A stretch of DNA of 63,651 nt, the filler included, from Dugesia japonica (Eukaryota), in the NCBI GenBank assembly GCA_001938525.1. It is 5 parts of 5 records of this genome, joined end to end, with 100 filler letters (N's around TTAATTAATTAA, not from the genome) between each part and the next. Parts side by side here need not be neighbours in the genome. Positions count along the whole stretch, not along the records: positions 1 to 13,756 come from MQRL01648582.1; 4 more parts are not named here. One strand, written 5' to 3'. This document shows, one piece after another, positions 1 to 11,845 of the stretch (positions within the stretch are counted from its first letter, which is position 1; each line of letters opens with the position of its first letter). Below the pieces are notes generated by a model. The model had not been told where the DNA came from. It did not search any database and saw nothing but the letters and a program-made list of their open reading frames with translations. A program made the position numbers and the translations under genes.

Positions 1-725
1 TTAGTAATACCCAGATCATATTCGTGCTTAGCGAATATGTGATCATATTTCCTCAATAACATATTCACAAGGATTGATAGAATTGATGTTTCAACTGTTA
101 TTTCATCATTCAGGATGTATATCGTTCCCATAATTGTATCCGGAAATAATGTTAGTGGTTTTATATCTAAATTTCTAATTTTCACTGAAAACGTGCCATC
201 CATAACATTGCTGACACTGCAAGTCTTTGGGATGCAATATTTCTCCGTTAATAACGGATTTGATTCGAACATTATTTCTCCTTAATGTTAATTTGTAGTA
301 GTTACTATACACACCGCTTCTGTTAATGGTGGAATAATAATTGGTTGATCCACATAGGCTATGTGCCCATTGTAAACCTTTCTACCTGTACGTGTTGCTT
401 CCACTAATTGTCCTGATACGCAATCGAAAACAACATCTTTTAGTTTACGCATGGTATCCATTTCAAGTAGAAATTCGAATATACATCTCCTCATGACTTT
501 GAGATTGTGCGTCATTTCTTGATCGCATAGTTTTATTTTACATTCCAGATAGCCAATTATATCTAATTCTGCCCCATTTACTCCGTTGTGCCTACTGTTT
601 GTTTTCATTATCGATCCCATTTCCGATTAATTTAACAAACTGGCTTCTATGATAGTAACTTCTGACCCTGAGTCTATCATAGCATAGACCACATGTTTAT
701 TGATCCTTATTCATCCTCGACCTTA
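1..725 (-). pseudogene. Pol N-terminus: retropepsin protease, post-protease beta-rich segment, start of RT region
   Basis: One frame with several point stops: IRINKHVVYAMIDSGSEVTII...GVNGAELDIIG...FLLEMD, then IIIPPLTEAVC...VKIRNLDIKPLTLFPDTIMGTI, then LLRKYDHIFAKHEYDLGIT. Confidence 0.85.
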
Positions 726-959
726 CAACCAACGTTTCCGATTTCTTTTGTTTCCGCTGAATTTAACATCTTCCCAATCTCGAAATTTCTTGCTTGTCCG
801 TTTTCTTGAACTTTGATTAGTCTCTGTATCACTTTTAAATCCATTATCGCTGGAATCACTGTCTTCATCATCCGGTTCCAATCGTACTACTGTATGCTTA
901 ACAGTTCCATGTCTCATTTTTAATTTTCTAATCTCATCATGATGATGCTTCAACAATAG

Positions 960-2088
960 AAATTTAGCACAAAATGTAAAGAAACCAATTATTTACTGCC
1001 ATGTGCATTCACCAACTTTGAATATACTATAAGTTGACAATAATTGTGTAAATACCAATTTTGCCAACACACAAATAACAAACTATGATAAGCATAATCA
1101 ACCTTGTTATTTACATAGTTTATTATTTTTATATCTTTGGCATTCAATTNNNNNNNNNNNNNNNNNNNNNNNNNNNNNNNNNNNNNNNNNNNNNNNNNNN
1201 NNNNNNNNNNNNNNNNNNNNNNNNNNNNNNNNNNNNNNNNNNNNNNNNNNNNNNNNNNNNNNNNNNNNNNGGTTGATATTAAGACAATTGGTGTACTCTC
1301 TACCCCAATTCCCTCCTTTTGAATGTTGTTCACCATGCTTCCTACCTGCTTTTTATTTAACCTTTTTACTTTTTGATTGTCCATTAATCTGGATCCCTTT
1401 TCTTCTGTTTTTTGTCTAGTTCCCTTTATTTGCGTGAAAGATAACTTTTTTAATAATGTCAATTCACAAAAACCACGTCTTTCTTCATATAAGAGTGTTG
1501 CGAACCCCGTTCGTCATGTAGAAAACTTTGAATTGCAATGTGGATTTCCAACCATATTTTCTGTTTCCACTTCGAATATTCCTTCATATTCTCTCAATTC
1601 AACTGTATAATCCTCTAAATCAACTACTCGATTTACCAAATTGTTTTGCCTTGTTTTTGTTCGACCAGTACAATCACCGTCTTCGTCGATATTTCCACTT
1701 CTAAAAATTGCTTCTGCCAGCGTCTTTCCGACTTCTGCTGTTAACGTCATTTCGCTATCGATAAATAATCTTCTGGTAATATATTTACTGGCCTTGGTAT
1801 GAGTTTTGCTGATAATATAGCAGCGTAACTATTCGTTCCACAGTAATATTCGAACACTGCCTTTTGAACTCTACATTCTCTCACTTTAGTTCTGTAAAAC
1901 TCCTATTCTTGATAAATATAATATACAGATGGCTTCAACATATCCAATCTATCGGGATAAGCTTCATTGCATTCTACTACATCTACCAATGAATATATGC
2001 CTGATGGAATAGGATTTTTGCAATCATATGCTAACAAACTACCTGTTTGCTTTATTAACCCTAACATCATCAAAGTAAATAATATGAT
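960..2088 (-). pseudogene. Env-like class III fusion glycoprotein (chuvirus/gB-type), internally deleted
   Basis: Hydrophobic signal IILFTLMMLGLIKQTGS, then LLAYDCKNP..YSLVDVVEC, ECRVQKAVFEYYCGTNSY, GNIDEDGDCTG, CNSKFST*RTG..FCE and INYVNNKVDY. The sequence then jumps to a hydrophobic tail FVICVLAKLVFTQLLSTYSIF...IIGFFTFCAKFLLL. As I recall it, this Cys and motif pattern matches chuvirus-like glycoproteins found in LTR elements. Confidence 0.75.
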
Positions 2089-4180
2089 TTGGGTTGGACT
2101 TTCGATTCCTGAACTAGTTGAACGAAATTCTCTCGGATTGAATTCATACCTCGGCATTTCACCATTAATTAATGGAAATTCATACCTATTTCTATGTATC
2201 TCTTCTTTCCACTCACTGGAAGATTCGATCCAAGCTTTGAATCTGAAATCATATACTAGCACAAACTTTAAAATTTTAGCTTGCACTTTGCGAACATCAT
2301 TGCCTGCATTTGCTAAGGCATTTCTAATCATAAGTGCTAAGGCAGTTATAGCCCGCCCTGTTGTAACTCCTTGTTCGGCCAAAGTATAAATAGTATTCTT
2401 TGTACTTTCACATGGTTTTTCTTGGGTAACCGTTTGATGAGTGTTTTTAGCAATAAAGCTAGCTTACTCATATCCCAATCTCCAGATCTCTTAATTTTCA
2501 ATTCTAGCTTTATAAGTCGAATTATTTGCATGATTTTGCAACCTGTTTCGGGTAACATTGACCCATCTATTTCATTTTCTAAATCAATTTCATTGATTAT
2601 ATTTTCTAAAACTTTAGCTCTAATTTCTCTAGCAACCGTTTCATCCACCGTTTCAACATTTGTTTTCTTTTTAGGTCTGCCTCTCTTTTCAACCTTTGGT
2701 TGATTTGTCTCAATCGGAGCTCTAGGTGTCAATGCCTCTGCATTTATTCCTGAATTACGAACAAGACAAGGATCTAATTCTTCTTCCACAAATATTTTTC
2801 GTGGTATGTTTAGTGCATTATCTATTGCATCTAAATCAACTTGAGGATCATACTCCTCGTTTTTGTTTTCAGCTACAGTTACCAGATTCTGCTGATTAAA
2901 CTCTGCTATAACTTCTGGCAGCCTCAACATTGTCCAGTATAATCAGCTCCTTCTACTGTCAATACTGATGCTAAAGTTGTCTGTGATGGCAAACATCCAA
3001 CATCTACTAAATATTCGTCATCAACTTGATTTCCCCAAATCACTATTAAGCAGGTGCTTGGATATCTAATCCCAATATCCATTCTCAACTTCAACACTTA
3101 CAAGAATATCTTTTGATTTCAGGTACCTCCTGATCTGGTTTTCTTATTTCTATTAAGAAATGACTCTGTCTCTTTGGGTCTTGTCTAATTGCTTTACCAA
3201 TTTTCCGTATCAACAGTCGGATTTCGTTCTGATAACTACTTGGCGTACCAGCCAGAGGTAGTAACAATGGTACTATTTCCTTTAATGTATCTGTTAGAAT
3301 GTTCAATGACAATGTCCAACTCAAAAATCATTAATACTTTCATTGTTTCTCGGGTTTGATTGAATTTCTCTTTCCAATCGCCGTTGAATCGCCTGAGCTT
3401 CTTGGAGCTGGTCTAATTCCATATGTTCTATAGCATATACACTATCTGGCTAGTAGTGGCTACCTCCACCACTTTCTCTTTAGCCTGTAATTCTGTCTTC
3501 AGATTCGGAAGAATTCCGCATAACAGAATCATTTTTTCTCTGTCTAATTTTTCATTGAACAAATATAGTTCAAATTCTCTGCGTTTTACTCTTTTTAAAT
3601 GCGTTGTTAACCTAGCTACTGGTTCCCGCACATTTATTTGAATGACTACATCTGCCCTTTTCGGCATATGTATAACTACTTGAGCATTTCTCAAATCCCA
3701 ATCATGCTGCAATTTGTTGCCTATTTTACGACAAATTTCTGCAATTGGTTTAAAATAAACATTTTCATGCTTAACTGTAGATAANNNNNNNNNNNNNNNN
3801 NNNNNNNNNNNNNNNNNNNNNNNNNNNNNNNNNNNNNNNNNNNNNNNNNCATTTAATATGATTTGAAAATCCTTCCTGGATTCAACTATGCTTTTACAGC
3901 TGTCAAGAATCTCGGATTCTTGATGATATACTTCTGGGTTTGTACCCTGTGATTGCTTATTTCCGACAATCGTTGCTGCGGACTCCTCCAATCTCGGTTG
4001 GGGATCCTCTGTTATAATAAAGACTTGATTTACTTCTGGGTCTGTACCCTGCGATTGCTCATTTGTGACAATCGTTGCTGGGGATTCCTCCAATCTTGGT
4101 TGGGGATCCTCTGTTATAATAAAGACCGTGTCCTTATTATTTAACTTAGCTAATCTGTTTCTCTCCTCCTGGATTTCCAT
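2089..4180 (-). pseudogene. Unidentified coding region of the retroelement polyprotein between Gag and the Env-like protein
   Basis: Chain of minus-strand ORFs (3428-4180, 3091-3324, 2346-2930, 5' part of 1903-2382) linked by stops and frameshifts. Charged composition, no motif recognised. Confidence 0.6.
3931..4126 (-). repeat. 102-bp (34-aa) in-frame tandem duplication
   Basis: VFIITEDPQPRLEES(P/A)ATIV(T/G)N(E/K)QSQGT(D/N)PEV occurs twice. Confidence 0.95.
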
Positions 4181-4790
4181 TTCCAGTTAAAGTAAATACG
4201 TCATACCCTCTCCCAAGTTGATCATATTTACTGATTGCTTGGCTGCTTGGCCAACTTTATGTTGTTCTTGTGGACATGATACCTTCAAGTGCCCGAACTT
4301 TCAACATCCGTGACACTTAATTTTTCCGTTTGAATTGACTGTGTCTCTATCGACATTATTATTATTTGCTTTGCTTCTGCAAACCTTGGCTACATGGCCC
4401 ATTCGTTTACAATTTTCACAATTTAGATTTTTCTTTTTGCAATTCTCTGTAGTGTGATTATAATAATCAAATTTTGTACATTGAATACCCTTATTCTGCT
4501 CTGCATTCAATTTAACTTTACAATCTTTAGATATGTGCCCCTTTTTATGACATCAATAACACTCAACCACTTTTGGTTTCTCTGAATTTATTGCAAAGGT
4601 GCTTTTGGTATTAATTAAGCTTGTTTCTATCAACACAGCTTTCTTGGTTAGTTCCTCGTAGTTTTCTCCTACATATAAGCTCAACGCGTTTCGCACCGCT
4701 GGCTTTAAACCTGACCACATCTGGTCCCTTACAATTAATCTAGTGGCATCATTCCACTGTGCTTTGTTTCCGAAAGCTCTTTCTGCTAAT
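4181..4790 (-). pseudogene. Gag C-terminal half with four zinc knuckles
   Basis: Reads ILAERAFG...VRDQMWSGLKPAVRNAL, then CY*CHKKGHISKDC, CTKFDYYNHTTENC (degenerate), CENCKRMGHVAKVC and CHGC*KFGHLKVSC. Same frame as ORF 3428-4180. Confidence 0.85.
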
Positions 4791-4806
4791 ATTTTATTTG
4801 TCTTGT

Positions 4807-5065
4807 TAAGTTAATTATCATTATAATTCTTGTTGTAATGATTAAAACGTAACGTAAATTATCAAATTTTAGTGTATTATTAAGTTAATTCCATTACAAT
4901 TTTTATAGTAATGATTTAAACTACATAATATTATCAACATTTTTAGTGTAATAATAAGTTAATTTCATTGCAATGTTTATTGTGATGATTTTATTAAAAT
5001 TGCTAAGTTAACTATCATTATAATTTTATTGTAATGATTTAAATTTAACATAATATTATCAAATT
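4807..5065. repeat. Degenerate ~74-bp AT-rich tandem repeat
   Basis: taagttaa(t/c)t...catt.caat...gtaatgattt recurs at ~4807, 4881, 4955 and 5004. It truncates the gag region. Confidence 0.65.
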
Positions 5066-5389
5066 TTAAATTAATAATTTTTACTTAACTTCATGATTTT
5101 AATTGAACTAAATGATTTAACTTCCTAATATAACTTAATTTTTTTAATTTAATGATTTAACTTACTGATATTAATGAATGATAAATATATATTTTTAAGT
5201 TTTTATTACTTTTTAGTGTGATTTTACCTGACTCAATATATTTATCGATTTAATTGTAATTTAATTGATTTGATTATAATTGTATAGCAATTTAATGAGT
5301 TTTATATTCCTTTAGATAAATGCTTACTGTACAAAAACTACTATACTAATACAAGACATAATGTTGACTGCCATAAAGTGATGCAGAAA

Positions 5390-7173
5390 TAAATCGTGTC
5401 CGAATACGGTCAACATGGTGCTCTAATTGTTTAAATGGATTCGGAAAAAATGCAGCTTTTGAAAAACATGAACCTCTTTGTAGTAAAATCCAGACAGGTA
5501 CCACGTTATATACCATGCCGACCGATCCTAACTTATAATTTAAAGACTACTCAAAAACTATAAGTTCTCCATTTGTCATATACGCTGATTTTGAATCAGT
5601 ATTATCACCAGATGAAGATTATTATCAAAAACATTTACCTATTACAGCCGGACTTCTGTTAGTTAACAACTACACTAACGCAAAAAAATATCAAGAATTT
5701 ATTGGAAGCGACGGTGTTTTTAAATTTTTGAAAGAGATTGAGGAAATCAGCAAGATAACTGTGCATCCGTATTATATGAATAATGGTAAAAAAAGTGAAT
5801 ATAACTCTGGATCAAGAAATTTCCTTTGTTGCTACCAAAACATGTCATTTATGTAAGAAATCATTAGTATGTTCTGTTAGAGACCACGATCATTTCAGAG
5901 GTGAATACATGGGTGCAGCATACAACAGTTGCAATCTAAAGAGAAGAATAAATATGCAATTACCGGTTGTATTCCATAATTTAAGAGGATATGACATGCA
6001 TCATATTCTTAAGTATGGACTTCGTCAGTTCCCATATTGGGACCTTAGCTGTATTCCAACTACAAGTGAAAAGTTCTCGTGTCTTATTGCACATCAAACA
6101 AAGTCACCTACCATTCGATTTATTGATTCATATCAATTTATCAACTCATCTCTAGATTCAGCTGTTAAAACCATTAAAACATATCCTTTAACATCATTGG
6201 AATTTATCGACAACAGAATTATAAGGACAAAGGGGATTTCAGATACAATCACGATACCAATTTACAAGTAATGGTTAATACAAAGGAAATGCCACCAAAA
6301 TGGGATGGAGTTAGTTATGAAGAACATAAAACAGCGGTGGATATGTGGAAAATCTTGAAATGCAAAAACTTACTGGACTATATGCTGGTGTACATGATGC
6401 TGGACGTCTTTCTCCTAGCTAACTTTTTTCAGAAATTCCGAGCCAAGTCATTAGTTCACAACCGTCTGGAACCCTTAAATTTCTTTGGCATTCCAGGTAT
6501 GAGCGGGGCATCTGCTCTGATGACTTTAAACACACCCATCGAGCTTTTGACTTTTAATGACATGTACGCCTTTTTTGAAGATGGAATTAGAGGTGGGCTC
6601 ACCTTTGTCAACAAACATCATGTTATTTCAGATGAAAACGCAGAGTTGTTATACATCGATATAAATAACCTGTATGGTTTGGCTTTGAGTCAGAAGTTAC
6701 CATGCAAAGATTTTGAATGGGTATATTGTGGATTAGAAATAGTTTTAGAAGAATGTAAATATGCAGATCTCGATTCGTTACAATATGGATACACTCTAGA
6801 AGTTGATATTGAGATTCCCAACGAACTTCACAATTATCTCAGTGACTTACCCATTTCAGCCGAACATCAATGTGCTCCAGGAAGCAAGGTCAAGAAATTA
6901 ATGTTGACTCATTATTCAAAGGTCAATTACATAGTGCACTTGAGATTACTGCAAATGTACTTGCAATTAGGCCTGCGAATTACAAATGTTCACAGGGCAG
7001 TTAGATTTTCACAAAATCATATTTTCAATTTCAAACAATTTAGAATAGGAACAAAAAACCACTAGCTGTATAGTTTCTTAGGACTAAAAGTCGCATTAAC
7101 CAATAATGACGACAAAAGAGTATGGACTGACAAAAACATAAGCGTACCATACGGACATTATTCTATCTCGTAG
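5390..7173 (+). pseudogene. Protein-primed family B DNA polymerase (Polinton/Maverick/adintovirus type), frameshifted and internally deleted
   Basis: Zn finger CSNCLNGF...HEPLC, ExoI VIYADFES, EndoVII-like CHLC..VRDHDH..G...CNL, ExoII FHNLRGYD, RFIDS, ExoIII Y...DV, GIRGG and motif A YIDINNLYG. It then jumps to the C-terminal KVALTNNDDKR...PYGHY*. Confidence 0.9.
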
Positions 7174-7389
7174 TAAAAAAGACTCGGATGAAAAGAAGAA
7201 CATTTACAGGTAATTTATTTGGGTATTTAACTAATTAATTTGTATTATTAAGATCTAATTTACAATGAGGATTCAGATTTAAACAACTGTACACAATGAC
7301 TGTGATTATCTGTGTTTTATCAACAATAAGTTTTATGTTTTGATTAGTCTTTCCATTTGTCTTTTATATATTATTATTAATATTGTCTA

Positions 7390-7829
7390 AAAAGCATCTA
7401 ATCTTAATATTGCCCGGGGGAATATTAACTTCACTTCAAAATTTAAAAGTTTTAACAAAATAGGTTTTACCATCGATTTTCAGTGAAAAATACATGAAAA
7501 TCATTAAATCAGTTAATTTAAATAAAAATCTCAAAAATCTGTAAATTTAAACCAATCATAAAAATCAATTAATTTTAACAAAAATCGTTAATTTCACTTA
7601 ATTTAAACCAAAACAAATGACCTTGACCTTAAAACCGTACGATGACCTCAACAAAGCACAATGATGACTCATCGAAAATCGAGACCAGTTGACCTTGACC
7701 TTAAATTTTCGGCAATCAAAAACTTTAAAAACGTGTGTGTGGCTAATAAAACGTTTAAAATCGGGCCCAGTTGAAATTTTCTTTCTCGATTGGGGGGAGG
7801 GTGGCCACGTGCGCCACTATCCATCTACT
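7390..7829 (-). mobile_element. Polinton-like terminal (TIR) region
   Basis: Ends ...ccactatccatctact (reverse complement AGTAGATGGATAGTGGCGCACGTGGCC). Contains repeated tgaccttgacct and a cccggggg-aatattaa motif. Lies 650 bp downstream of pPolB. Confidence 0.65.
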
Positions 7830-8460
7830 CGATTTATCTCATATTTCTTTTCTAGTAATTCTTTTTCATTCTTTTAAAGTATTTTAATATAATATTTTGT
7901 TTTAATTCTAATTTATTAAAATAATTATTTTATTATATTATAATCATCATTTTATGATAGTTATACTTATATAACATGAATATAATTATAATGTATAATA
8001 TATAACCAATTTCAGTTCCATTTTCGTTTTCATTTCGTTTATTACTTCTTCTTTACTGTTTTCTGTCATGATTTATTTATTGAATAATTATTGGATTATT
8101 ATTCTGTTTATTTCGCGAATCTCATGTATATTTCTGAATTTATACTTTGAGCTTCTTTTTAATTAATTGATTTATTACTTTCTTGAGCTCTTGTTTCAAT
8201 CATTAATTTCATTTCCACTTTTATTATTATAATTTAACGACCAATTCTTCTTGCTGAGCTCTAAATTATTTCGGTATACAATGTATGCTTGTTTCTTTTA
8301 TTCCGAATAATATTTTCTTACGAGTTATTTGTTTATTCCAAAAATTACTTCTTGAAGTGCCGTTTTTCTAATACTAATTTCTTTTTGTCCATGAGCATTT
8401 GTTTGATTCAGAATTATTACTTCTTCGTAAAATAGGTCTCATTTTTTCCCCTTATCCTTT

Positions 8461-8968
8461 ATACAGATGCAAGATTTGATGCCATTGGAGAAGTTTTATC
8501 CAAAATAAAGAAAAATAAAGACAGGAACAATTAATGGTATATCATATTCAGATACATATAAATGCCAAAGTAACGTAGAAGAAATTAAACAGATAACAAA
8601 TGATATAAGAAATATAATATGTAAAAACCTTTGATTAATAGAAGATATAATAAAAACAAAAGATGGCAAAATATGGATCCCAACAGAAAAGAAAATTCAA
8701 ATGGTAAAAGAAATTCGTGGTTTATTGGTTCACACAGTTACGGAAAATGTGATGAATTATTTGAAAAATGAATATGATATGGAAGATTTAAGAGAAACTG
8801 TGTAAAAACTAATAAAAGAATGTACAGCGTACCAAATGAAGATAGTAACAATAGTCAGAAAAAGGCGGAAACTTTAAAGTTAAAGGCTAATGAACCATTT
8901 GAAAGGATTTATATAGATATTTGTGAACCATTCCAAGAAACCTTAGGAAGAAAAAGATATATATGTGC
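8461..8968 (+). mobile_element. Gypsy RNase H/integrase fragment; inverted near-identical copy of 12519-12987
   Basis: TDARFDAIGEVL, then sequence matching the reverse complement of ~12519-12987 almost base for base. Confidence 0.85.
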
Positions 8969-9627
8969 CAAGAATAGAAATAACTGCTGACTGTTCATTG
9001 GGATATGCGTAGAGGATGCTATTTTTCACAATAAAAATTTTCATAATTTAAATAAAAATATTCGTTTGTTAAAAACCGAAAAACTCCAAAAGATTCTTGA
9101 AATTTTGACACAATGTTGCATTCAAATCCAGACAGTTTCAAATATACCTTGTGAGGTGTTTTGAAAAGCAAGTTGAAATTTTGTGTGATTGAGGATCTTA
9201 TTTTTAAAATCTTTTCTTTAAAAGAGAGATTTAAATTATTGATGAAAAATTTAAATAAAAAAATATTTGGTTTAAGGATAAATTAAAAATATTGAATTAA
9301 ATTAAATTAATTTTAATAAATAAAAATTTTAAAAGTGAGTGAAAATTTTGACGTAAATTATAATTTAAAATTAAGTAAATAAAAAAAGTGGTTTTAGTTA
9401 AATTAAATTAAATTATTTTTAATAAATAAAAAGTTTCAATTTTTAATTTTAGAAAGAAGATCACCAATTAAAACACGGTATTTTAATTTGTTTGATTAAC
9501 AAAAATTGTCGGTTATAGTTTTTATTTTAATAAATCGTTGTAATGAATTTGAATTCTGATGTTAATGATTCGATGAGTTTTCAAAACCCAACTAACATAT
9601 CTATTATATTTTAATATGCCTACATTA

Positions 9628-9817
9628 TCTATATAAATAAAAATGTAAGTGTTCGTTTGTTCAAAATCGAACATTCGCCTAAGCAATGGAACAAAGAATA
9701 TTGTATATCCAGAAGCATAAATAAAATTAAATATATTAGAAACGTATTCATTCTCTTTTCTTTTATGTTTCATTCAACCAAACTGAGCCCCAGCAATGCG
9801 TGACTGGGTTTAGCTTG
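9628..9817 (+). mobile_element. Short non-autonomous Helitron-like element
   Basis: Starts a|TCtatataaataaaaatg. Has a 3' hairpin cccag...ctggg and ends CTTG|t (degenerate CTAG), inserted between A and T. Confidence 0.55.
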
Positions 9818-11845
9818 TAAACTAATAAATCTTTCTTATTTGAAGCCCTCAAACTTATTTTTTACAAATCATTTTTATGTAATGATTGTGAATATCTAAA
9901 CATTTTACAAAATAAATAATTAATTTTATTNAACTTATTCTACTTATTAGTGCTTGTAGTATTCTAATATTTTCACAGAAAATATTATCTTTTTTTTCTG
10001 TTTCTCACACATAAATATTATTATATTCCAATAATTTTTTAAACCTAAATAATTCATATTTTTTTTCAACTTTTGTAATTTAAATAAAATACAATTTCTT
10101 AAATTCTTCCTTACTTAATTGACCCTTTGGCTTTAATATTATTTTACATTCTGGTTTACCATTTTTACAAATTCATATTTCTTTATGTTATACGTAATTT
10201 TTTCTATTTGATTTTATAGTCTTTTTTTCAACATTATTTTTACTTTGTTCTCAAATTTTCAAGTAAAGTAAATTTTTCTTTTTATCTATTTTTATCTGTA
10301 ATTTCTAGACCATAGGTTGCTCAACATGACGGTTTAGCACATGGTGTTACAATTTTTCATAGTCTAAACTTAGAGTCATTTATTAAAGGAATAAAATCTA
10401 GCTTTGCTTTTATTTACGTTTTACTCGAAATAAGAATTTCATAAATTATTTTTATTTTTTAAAATAGAAACACTTCTGCACAAGTTTAAATCAATTTAAT
10501 TTTGATCCCATCATGAGACTTTAAGTCGATTTTTTAGATTTTAACTTTTTTCAAGTTCTTTCAATTTAATTGGTATATCTTCATTATTATAGACTTTTCC
10601 ATTCCTATTTTCGTTTCATTTCATCTTGTATTAAAATTTGATTTTTCTTCTCGTAAAACCATTAAATTTTGAAAAGCTTCAGCATATAAATATTTAATAA
10701 CTTATTCAATGAAAATTTTATTTTAATCAAAAATTTAAGGATGCCTGGGCTTCAGAATGTAGTTTTTGAAATCTTTTTTGTCGGCTGATTGCCTACTCTG
10801 CCTATTGACAAAACTGTAATGAATTTGGATAGTGAAACAAGATGTAAGAATTAAGAAATTAGAAAATGAATTAAAGATAATAAACGTGTAGAGGAATTAA
10901 TTATCAAAAGAAAATTGTAAGAATTAAAATATGAACAAAGAATCAAAGGATTAAAGAAATGTTTTGCAAAAAAAATTAAATGAATCAAATAAATTCATTA
11001 CAGAAAATGCAGATTATAGTCATTCAATTTTTAAAAATGATTGACATAAAATATTTCTGTCTTCAGGAACAATATCTAATCTAATGAAAGCTGGTGATAT
11101 AGTTTTTCAATCTTTACAATTATCAAATCCTATAGTTATTTGTAATGCCAAATAATATTATAGAATATCATTAGAATTATAAGATATAAATAAAATAACT
11201 TTGGAAAATAATTTCTTTCCAAATCTATTCAAATCAATCAATGGATTTTGGAAAATTTTATCCCATATTTTGAATAGATGTAAGTGCACAAGATGATAAA
11301 TTAAACACTAATAATGTATATTAGTTAAATTGAGAACTTCACAATTTTTCAAAAGTTTTATTTATTATCACAATTGTTTTATTAAAGAAAAAAGATGCAA
11401 GAATAATCCGTCATCATTAAACAAATAATCCATATCAGAAAATTTAAAATTTTATATTTAAAAATATCGATTTTCAAAAAAAAATACACATACGATAATT
11501 GTTTTAATAATCCCTCAAATAATTTTAAAATTCTTCAAAATAATTTTCCAATTAATTTTTACTTTTTTTAAAAAATTGGTAGTATAAATATTTCAAAAAT
11601 ATTACTATAATATAAAAAATATTTTTATTAAAAATAATTTTCATACAATTCAATATAAAAATTATTTAAACCAATTTAAATTTTCACAATAAGAACTTTC
11701 GACTTCTATTTTTCAAAATCTTTAATATACTTTGTTTTTAATATAAAATATTTAATATATTTTAAAAAATAATTTTAATATAATACTATATAATAATTTA
11801 TTAAATTAAAAACCTCTCAGGATTTAAATCATTTATGAATTACCC

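Larger units (their letters stand above)
1..4790 (-). mobile_element. Decayed giant Ty3/Gypsy-like LTR retroelement with order gag - unknown - env-like glycoprotein - protease - (RT runs off the window edge)
   Basis: Manual minus-strand translation through stops and frameshifts shows Cys-His knuckles (4270-4565), a signal peptide plus LLAYDC glycoprotein (2088-960), protease AMIDSGSEVTII (~650-685) and the Gypsy pre-RT motif LLRKYDHIFAKHEYDLGIT (3-59). No LTR is visible. Confidence 0.85.

Noticed and set aside
1967-2703. Plus-strand ORFs of 140 and 110 aa
   Set aside because: They are antisense shadows of the minus-strand polyprotein, with no motifs.
1-4790. Alternative genetic code (TAA/TAG = Gln, TGA = Trp/Cys) suggested by many in-frame stops in TE frames
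   Set aside because: The same regions also have frameshifts and deletions. The HERC1 and kinase exons use CAA/CAG/TGG and show no in-frame stops. Mutational decay toward AT explains the pattern.
8030-8460. Minus-strand integrase C-terminal remnant
   Set aside because: It is too degenerate to support beyond a vague resemblance.
10100-11450. Coding-like stretches on both strands
   Set aside because: Frequent stops and no recognisable motif; I cannot assign them.
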